A DNA stretch of 64,000 nt from Eledone cirrhosa (taxonomy: Eukaryota): the NCBI GenBank assembly GCA_964016885.1, contig OZ024741.1, positions 142,476,001-142,540,000 on the forward strand. The letters run 5' to 3'. A program made the translations under genes and the position numbers. The stretch's first letter is position 1. Every line of letters begins with the position of its first letter. The notes below the pieces were generated by a model. That model saw nothing but the letters and a program-made list of their open reading frames with translations, was not told where the DNA came from and searched no databases. Of the stretch, positions 1 to 10,200 are shown piece by piece.

Positions 1-107
1 AGGGTGTTGTTTGTTTGAAGCATTGTATAAAGTGTAGAAAATAGTGTGTAATTAGAAGACTGCAGCAATACAGAGGGGATATTATATGTTTAAAATAATA
101 ACAATGA

Positions 108-348
108 TGTTGGAATGTTACCTTGGAGTTTAATTAAGTCTTTATTAAATAACTTCAAGGTAACATTTCATCATTTCTGCTATCATTATTTTTTAACATT
201 CAATGTCTTACATGCATTGTTGTAGCCTTGTTGGAATATTACCTTGGAGTTGTTTAATATGACTATTAAGCAACTTCCAGGTAACATTCTAACATCTTTG
301 TCATCATTATTTTTAGCATTTAATGTCCCACTTGCATTGCTGCAGCCT
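108..348. repeat. Diverged tandem duplication, two copies of about 120 bp
   Basis: tgttggaat(g/a)ttaccttggagtt...tg(t/c)agcct repeated at 108 and 229. Confidence 0.75.
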
Positions 349-434
349 CCTAATAACAAACTGTTTTTTTTTTTAATGTTATCATTTATTCATGTAATTA
401 TCTTTCTGAAAGTTTCTATGTTTCTCATATTTAG

Positions 435-497
435 TACATCACCAATTCCAAATATGAAAGCCATAACAATTCTAAATGAACATTGGATGGAAGACCT
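435..497 (+). CDS. SENP1: SENP exon ([21 protein letters not shown])
   Basis: tttag acceptor, gtaagt donor. Phase 2 matches the next exon. WMEDL resembles the WIKEL segment ahead of the SENP1 catalytic domain. Confidence 0.75.
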
Positions 498-2959
498 GTA
501 AGTATCTTTCTTGTTACTATTTATTTATCTTTAGTATTATACCTCTATTCTCCTCATGTCACCACCCGTGACTGTTTAGACGTTCATACAAGCAAATCTA
601 CATTTGTATATCTAATATACATGCACATGTCTTTATGTCATGAGAGCTGTGTGGTTAAGAAGCTCTCCATCTAACCACATTCTCATATTACCACCTAAGT
701 GTATATTGTCTATACATAAATTTACGCACATACACACAAGCATGTGTGTATATTTGTGTATATTTTCTATTTCGAATTTGTGACCAATAAGTTGACTAAG
801 GAAACATTGGGCAAATTTGAAATGTAGTCATCCTAATGTAAGTGACTATAATAATAGTCATATACAAATAATAGTAAATTGGGTAAAATACCTCTGGAGA
901 CAGAAAACATTGGACAGAGATGCATGCAAGGAATTGAAACACACTGAGGTTGGCATTAGGAAGGGCATCCAGCTGTAGAAACCAAACTAGAAACAGACTT
1001 GTATGAGCAACACATGGTCACCAGACCTCTCTAATTTCATAATGTGACAACCTGTCTAATCCATGCAAGCATGGAAAGTCGACATTAAATGATGATGATG
1101 ATGATGATGGGCATGTGCATTAACCATTAAGCACATATTCACACATAACCACTCAGCTATTGTGGCACACACACACACGTGTGTGTACGTGTCACAATAA
1201 CTGAGTGGTTATGAAGCTGGCCTACTGACCATACTGCCATAAGTAAAGATCTTACTAACATTAGTCGAAAGAGGTATCTAACTTTTGTGTGACAGAAGCT
1301 GTATTTATTTACATCAACTTTATATTTGAACTTTGCCACACAATTAACTTCCCCTTTTTTACCTCATACATTTGTTTGGGCTCTTTGTGTTTTAAATTCA
1401 ATTTTTGCTGGGGCCTACCTAGGTGAAAGACTTAATCTGTTGCTTGGTTTAACTCTTTTGGTACCAACCTACCTAACTCTTTATATAAAAATAAACTTTA
1501 TGATACAGAATGTCATAATAATTCAACAAATAATACAGTGTATTTCATTAGAAATATAGTCATAGAAGTGTTAACACCACAATCTTGGCCTTATGTATCT
1601 TTAGAAGTGTCCACCTTGTAAACATTTGGACCAAGTTTTGGGTATATTTAGAAGTGTCCACCCTGTTGTAAATATTTGAACCAAGTCTTTGGTATCTTTA
1701 GCAGTGTCCACTCTGTAGTAAACTTTTAGACCAAGTCTCCAGCTTGAGGATATTTACCTCTTTTCTTGACTAAACAGTGAATAAAAAAATTGCATTGTTG
1801 TTGGAGAAGAGAAGGAAACATTCACCATAATCCTTTAATAATTATATTTCTAATTAAATAGACTCTATTTTAATTAATTAATGAAACATTTTGAGGGGTT
1901 TACTAAAATTATCAATTATTTCATTACTAATATAGTAACATCATGATATGCTTCTTATAAAATTATGATGGAAAATTTTAATTTAAATAAGAACCCTTTA
2001 AAATGGGTGGTTTTGTTTTATAGATCTTGGGTTGGTATCAAAAGGGTTAAAATTAATGAGTCTTTGAACAAATTAAAAGGTGTTGATATTTGTGTCATGG
2101 CAGGCTTTCTAAATTCTCTGCTTCAAATCTGGAGAGGAAAAAGAAAATAGAAAAGGAACGAATGAAGCTGAAGTCATTTGAGGAACAGGTGAGTGTGTGG
2201 AGGGTAGACGATGTTTGATGGAGTGGAGTGATGTGGTGGTGACTGGATGGTGTGGTTTGGTGGTATTGGATGTTTAGATGGTACAGAGGTTTCAGGTTTG
2301 TGTGGTAAAGTCTGGTGTGATGATTGTCTATATGATCTGTTGTGCATATTGTGTAGGTGTTTGTCTAGTGTGGTCTTTATGATGATGTGATGTGTATATG
2401 TGTCTTTCTGGTGTGTGTATATGTGTGTTGGGTGTGTTTTTGGTATGGTGTGTGTATATGTTTATGGTGTGTATATATGTGTTTGTAGTGTGTATATATG
2501 TGTTTGTGAGTGTATATGTGTGTTTGTGAGTGTATATGTGTGTTTATGGTGTGTATATATGTGTTTGTGGAGTGTATATATGTGTTTGTGGAGTGTATAT
2601 ATGTGTTTGTAGTATGTATATAAATGTTTGTTGTGTGTGTGTGTATATATATGTATATATGTGTGTTTATGATGCTAATTTCTTATTTCTCTATTTCTCT
2701 GTTGACCATAGAGGAAATCTCGGGAACATGAAGTACATTTACAGGTAAAAATCCTTCTTTCACTCATGCAAGCATACACGTATGTATGTATATATGTATA
2801 TATATATATATATATATTTAAATAAAAAAAATAATATGCATACAAACACATGCAATGTATACACACTATTGGATGGCTGTTGACTCATATATATATATAT
2901 ATATATATCATTCATCATTTCATTTTACGTCCACTTTTCCCTGCTTGCAAGGGTGGGAC

Positions 2960-2992
<33 letters not shown>

Positions 2993-4217
2993 TATGTATA
3001 TATGTGTGTGTATATGTATATGTATGTAGACACATCATTTTAATACTTGCTTTTCAATTCTTGCTACTGACACACTTTAGTCAGACCACATATTGACCAT
3101 GATCTAAGACACAGCAACCAAATCTCCCTCAAACCATACCTACTGTCTAATCACTATATCGACTACATATGGTAGACATGTACATACAAATGACGCTCAC
3201 ATACAATTGACACACACACATGTAAATGATACTTATACGCATTCAAATGACACTCACATACAGATATCACACACATACGTATAATGTGTGCTATACTAAC
3301 CAGTGTTATTGTGTGATTATTAGATCCAGGAACGACTGAAACGTATTCAGCAGGAGCTACCAGTAATCCCAGAACCTGAGCCAGAGCCAGAGCAACCTTT
3401 AGTGCCAAGTAAGTTGTAATTTCTCTCTCTCTCTCTCTGTTTTTCTATCTCTCTTTGATTGTTTCTGTCTGTCTATCTGTCTCTCTCTTTCTGTGATACT
3501 CGTCAAACATCTAGTCATACTGTGTTACTCATTTGGTCACACTGTGTTACTGGTGTTATACATCTAGTCACACTGTGTTACTGGTGTTACACATCTAGTC
3601 ACTGTGTTACTGGTGTTACAATCTAGTCACACTGTGTTACTCATCTTTTTGTGTCATTCCTGTCAAACATACTTCCCACATCACTCATGTCACATATCAA
3701 CTTTCTTTGTCACATCTGTTTTCTCTGTAACGTATGTTTTTCCTATGTTACTATTGTCAGATATTTATACTCTGTGTTACTCTTGTTACATTTGTTCTCC
3801 CTGTGTCACTGTTTGTCACAGAGTATGTCGTATACACACTCAGCTGCTTCTACTTTCTCTATTCTGTAAGTATAGTGCAGCACTGTGCACCGATACCATT
3901 GTTGCCAATGCTGCACTCTACTTGCAAGCAGAGACGTTGCACGGTAAGTTTGCACCTGATTAACTTTCCTTTTGCAGAGATTGATGATTCAATGCAACAA
4001 GCTATAGATGCTGCACTACGACCTTATCCTGCAGATGATGTCTTGGTTGATGCATTCCGTATCCAGCTGAAACGGCAAGATATGGCCACTCTTTCAGGTC
4101 TTAACTGGCTCAATGATGCGGTAAAGGTTTCGCCTTCTAAACCCCTATTAACCTTTTTGATACCAAACTACCTGAAACAGCCCCTGTATCATAATACAAA
4201 ATTATTTATTTTAAAGT

Positions 4218-4262
<45 letters not shown>

Positions 4263-7200
4263 TGGAGGAGGTTATAGTTCACTTGAAGCATTGTGTAATG
4301 AGGTATAAACGTTTGTATATGTATAATAAAGCCAAAACAATGCAGGTATAGACATAGAATAAAGAATGCAAATGCAAAAGATATTGTTGACAATTAGTCT
4401 TTTACCTTAGATTTATTTAAATGTCCTTAATTTTCGAGATAATATCTCTTCTTCGGTTAAACCAGTGTTCTAAATAGCTTGCCAAGTCACGCTGACAGGA
4501 AATGGTATACCAATAAATCTAAGGTAAAAGACTAATTGTCAACAATATCTTTTGCAATATCTTTTGCAATATCTTTTGCATATATATATATTTAAAAGAA
4601 TAGAGGTGTAACACACAAGTTATGATATATTAGTAAACGGAAAAGAAAATGCTGACAAATTGTTCACAGTGAAAAATAGTTTAATTAGGAATAAGTGAGA
4701 ATTAGTAATAGTATTGGTTAGTATTCAGTTTTGGTTTTAAGTTTTACCGGTTGCGCATTTCTAATGCTTTTCAAAAACAATTTTGAGATAGAGCATCCGT
4801 GATGTTTGCTCTAATCTGATTAGAGCAAACATCACGGACGCTCTATCTCAAAATTTTTTTTGAAAAGCATTAGAAATGCGCAACCGGTAAAACTTAAAAC
4901 CAAAACTGAATACTAACCAATACTATTACTAATTCTCACTTATTCCTAATTAAACTATTTTTCACTGTGAACAATTTGTCAGCATTTTCTTTTCCGTTTA
5001 CCAATATATATATATATAAATATATATATTTATGTAAGAACAAGTTTTGTTTCAAATAGCAGTTTGATCCTTTTGGTACCAAACTACCTAAAACAGTCCC
5101 TGATTTTATGATACAAAACTTATCATCATCATTTTTATGTTGATTTTTTTTTTCCATGTGGGCATGGGTTGGATGGGACTTTTTGAATCTAGATGCCCTT
5201 CCTGACTAACCCTTTTAGCTGCTTCTTACGACATGCAGGGATATGGTGTCGGTGTATCTATTTAAAACCATTTTAATATGTTTATCCTTATATTAAAACA
5301 TTCCACCATAATTTTATTTTAAAATTAAAAATAATTGTTTCTACTTTTGGCACAAGACCAGCAATTACCCAGTACATTACTGGTACTTTATTTTATCGAC
5401 CCCGTAAGGATGAAAAATAATGTTCTAATATCAGCTTACTAATGAAAAACTTGATTATTTTATTAAATTACTCCAAATATTTGGTTATTTTCAAAATGAA
5501 TTGAAACACAAAAGCAGTGTAGTTCATTTAAAAAAAACGGTAATGAAGGATATGGTCAAGGAGAGGCCCATTTCTGGCTTGAATTGGTTGTCCAAAACTG
5601 CTTCAATGAGGGCAGTATGGATTTGGTGGTGTCGACTGATCCATTGATATGGTAATGTGTGTGTATGTAGATGCGTTGGTTTTGTGTGTGTACATGTGAC
5701 ATGGTCAGTGCACATGAATGTGTGAGGAGTTACTGTGTATGTCACTGCATTTAAATATAGTGGGTGGGGGTTTGTGTATGGTATGGTGGTTTTTATATTA
5801 ATATATGAAGAGCCACCAAAAAGGCTATTGTGAAGTCTAACCCCATCCATGAGACAGTATTGCCTTTTAAACTCTGACATTTCTTGCTATGCAGATCATC
5901 AACTTCTACATGTCTATGCTGATGGAACGTGGCAATGAGCCTGGTTTCTTGAAAGTCTACGCATTCAATACATTTTTTTACCCAAAGTTGTTATCCAGTA
6001 AGTATGAAGGTGTTCAACGGTGGACGAGAAAGGTGGATATCTTTACGTACAAGTACCTCATCATACCTATACATCTGGAGATGCACTGGTGTCTTGCTGT
6101 AAGTACTTAAGTACTCTCCTTCGTCTTCTTCACCCATAAATTTCCTGGGAGGGTCATGGGAGCAGAGTCCTCAGATACTCCTTCCAGCGGGTCCTGTCAG
6201 AAGCAACTGTCTCCAGCTGATCTGTCTAGATCTCCAAAAAAGACCAGCCAAGCTCATGATGTTATCCAACCATCTTGCTTGTGGTCTACCCCTGAGTCTT
6301 CTGCCGGTTGGTTTTGCCTGTAAAATCTGTCCAGTGATTCTTTCCTGAGATATTCTAACCCAATGCCTGTAATATCGGAGCTGTGATCTCTCAATTCGGA
6401 GTAGTAGAGGCTCTACCTGGAGTGGCTCTCTGATCTCCGAGCTACACACTCGGAGTAACGTTACTCCAAAGACCCTTCAGAGGAACCCCATTTTGGCCGT
6501 TTGTTATCATGATCATATGTTTTTGGTCATTACCTAAGATTCATGACCATAGGTAAAGGTTGGCACAAATATCGAATTGAAGATAGCGAGTTTGGGTTTT
6601 ACAACTGCTTCCCTTCTTCTGATTACCGAATGCTGAAGGTGGCATATTACTGCACCAGCCTTTGCAATTCTTGCACTGAATGCAGCCCCCTGCCTTCCAT
6701 CACTCATGAACTCAGCTCCAAGATACTTAAACTTCTCCACCTACTTCAGTGGAACTCCATTCACATGTAGCGTGCACTGCACAAGCTTCCTTGAGAGGAT
6801 GAGTGTTTCAGTTTTACACAGTACTGATTTTCATTCTAGCCATGCAGCACTCAGCATCAGACCTATCAAGTGCAAGTCAGAGATCACCTTCTGTTGAGTT
6901 AAGTGGCACCATGTTGTCTGCAAACTCCAGTTGAGTGATTTTACACCTGCCAGTCATGATACCACTTCCAACCTGGCTGCTTATGACAATAATGAAGAGG
7001 AGAGGTGACAGTACACACCCATGGCAGAATTCAACTCCCACATTGAATGGCTTCGATTTAGAACCATTTATCGGAACACAAATACTGGTGCATTCATATA
7101 GGGATATTAGACAGCAAGAAGCTGACCATCGATCCCATACTACTCAGAACCTTCCACAGCAGGTCCTGAGGAACATGCTCATATGCCATTTTGGGCTCTA

Positions 7201-10200
7201 GAGAACAATAATATACTTCTTGGCAATAATTCCATGATTTCTCAAAGACCTGCTGCAGTGTGAATATTTGGTCAGCTGAATATTTAGCCTGCTTTTACAA
7301 TTCAGCTAAATACCAAGGTTTTACTGACCCCTTCTTATTTGTGCTGGTCACCATCAAGACCTCCAGTATCTTCAAACTGTCATAGGAAGGAGCTCTGCAA
7401 GTTTGAATGGCCGAGGCAATAGGTCTCTCCGGCTATTTTCCATGGCAATGCTTTCATCCTCTTGTCCGTGGGGTGCAGCTGAAATATAGCATCCAATTAA
7501 AGGGGTATATAGCATCCAATAAAGGTGAAATATAGCATCCAATTAAAGGGGTATATAGCATCCAATAAAGATGAAATATAGCATCCAATTAAAGGTCATC
7601 CCCTTCTCCTCCATTTTTAATATTCTTTCTTTTTTCTTTTTTGTCACATTTCTTGATTCATTTGTAAACAATGTTATTCCACCTTTAGCAATAAGTCCAA
7701 CTCAAAATGTTTGTGAAGGTGCATGGCTTAGTGGTTAGAGGGTCGGGTTTACAATCGTGAGGTTCTGAGTTCAATTCCCAGATTAGGTGATGCGTTATAT
7801 CCTTGAGCAAGACACTTTATTTCACATTGCTCATCCAGCTAGGTTTTGTGACTGGTAGATAGTATCAGCAATGGAACATTGTTTCCTTGGTCCAATTTGA
7901 AAAATTCCACACCAATCAGTAAGTCAGAAACTGTTTGCCCTATATTTCAGCTATAAACATTGTTAAAACTGTTAATTAAATCAATAATTGTCTGTGAACA
8001 TCTATTAATTTATCAGGTTGTGAACTTCTATAAAAAAAACATCAGTTATTATGATTCTATTGGTGGCAAAAATACACAGTGTCTGCAGACAATCAAGTAA
8101 GTCTGTTTAACTTCTATTCTGCTGTCTGATTTATTTTGTGTGTGGTGGGGGGTTTCTGCAGTGGTAGTGGTGATGGTGGCTCTGTATGTGTGGTGGTTGT
8201 AGTTTGTGTGTGTGTATGGTTGTGGTGTTGGTTCTGTGGTGGTTGTAGTTTTGTGTGTGTGTGTGTGTGTGTGGCGGTGATGGTTCTGTCTGTGTTTGTA
8301 CAGTAGAATTTCCTCTCCTTCTCCTTAACCAACCATGCCAGCATGGAAAGCTAGGTACACCCCACAATGCTACCAGACATCACTCCCCTTATGGACTAGC
8401 CTATGCCCTGTTCACACCCCCTCCATATCCCTGTCTGCCAGACGTCACTCCCCTTATGGCCACAGCTCCCTCCATGGACTAGCAACAGGTAGCCTACACC
8501 CTGTTCTTACTCCCTCCATATCCTTGTCCTCCCAGCTTGACCAAAGATGCAAGAGCCCTAATTGCACCCAGTAAATTGTGTAAAGTGGTAGTGTTGACAC
8601 CATGGAAAAAGCACCCAGTCCACAGTCAGGTAGTAGTGTTGGTGCCACTAGAAAACGAATCCAGTATGTACTGTAAGGTGATTGGCAATAGGAAGGGCAT
8701 ACAGTCATCTGACTTGTCTATCTTCACAATATAATAACCCATCTAACCCATGCAAGCATGGGGTGTAGATAGAAAACAATGATGATGATAGATTAATTGC
8801 ACTTTCATTTTGCAAATCTATTCTTAAAGACGTTCCAGCCATGATCACCCTGTCTTGTTTGAAGGAATAGTGTATCTAGGAGTATATTATTTAATGTGTC
8901 CTTTTTTTAAAAAATGGTAGCCTTTGCTGACGTCTTGTTTGAGCAGACCTCTTAACTAAGTCATTCCACCTATGACCATCCTGCACTTTTAGGGCTGTTG
9001 TGGACCATGTGGTATTTATTTGGCTCCTTGTGTTCTTGGTTCAAATTTTAATGGGGTCAATTTTTCTTTCCATCCTTCTGCAGTCAAATAAATGACCAGT
9101 TTAGAGCAGTGAACACAGAATCATTAGTGTCAGAGATGAGGTGCCTTGTATTTATTCCAGCTTTTTTAATATCCTGGAGGCCACTATATTAAAAACAATC
9201 AAGCTAGATCTCCAGTTTGAGGATAATTTTCTTCCTCACCAGTGTCAAAAACCTTCATCATCATTGTACTTCTCCTTTCCACACTGGCATGAGTTGGACA
9301 GATTGTCATAGTCCAAGACCAAACTTGCTCAATACATTCCATATTTGGCATGGTTTCTATGGCTGGATGACCTTCCTAATGCCAACCACCTGACAAGGTG
9401 TAGTGGGTGCATTTTTCGAAGCACCAACCCTACTACTTTACAGAGTGGGCTGGGTGCATTTTATCATTAGAGTGGTCGTCACATGTAGGCCAAACTGAAA
9501 AGTCCAATCAAGCCCTACATTGTCAATTTGATTGCCAAACACTGTAGTAGCCTCTGAAAAAAATAAAGGTTTATGGACATTGTCCCTCCTTCTCTCACTA
9601 ACTATGCTGTAAAGAAATACATATATATTAAGGTACCCAGAGAGTTTATTATCATTAATTTTTCAGTCGTTTTTTGATAACCTCAGTAAATTTTATCTAT
9701 CTATTTTATTTATTTCTAGAAATTATTTATGTGAAGAAAGTTTAGATAAGAAGAAGGTATCTTTTGACTTGACCGGTTGGACAACAATAACAGTGAAGGT
9801 AAGTTTAAGGTTTCCTTAAATATATTGCTGATTTAAAAATTAAGGATCTCTCCATGCTGGTATCATTGTAAAATGCATTTAGTTCACTCTGTAAATTAGG
9901 TGGCATTAGGAAGGACATCCATATGTAGAAACCATGCTCTATATGGAATGTAATGAAGCAAGATTGGTTATTCTGACCCATCTGGTCTTGGACCCTGACA
10001 ACTCGTCCAACCCATGCCAGTGTAGAAAAGGGATGTTAATGATGATGGTGATGATAATGGTGACCAAGGAAACAATGCAATACTGCTAGTGATAGGATAT
10101 AGTCTTCTGACTGCTTGGTTTCTTTAGCCATTGGTCAACCTTCAACTAGCTGACCTATGATCAAAGGTATTTTAGTTGTAACCATCTCATTATTTTAAGG

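Noticed and set aside
1595-1740. Regularly spaced repeats resembling a CRISPR array (also 3505-3642, 7480-7596, 38121-38355)
   Set aside because: Head-to-tail minisatellites without unique spacers, no cas genes, eukaryotic context.
3734-4255. 173-aa ORF as a stand-alone gene
   Set aside because: Only 3978-4120 is SENP exon; the rest is intron read-through.
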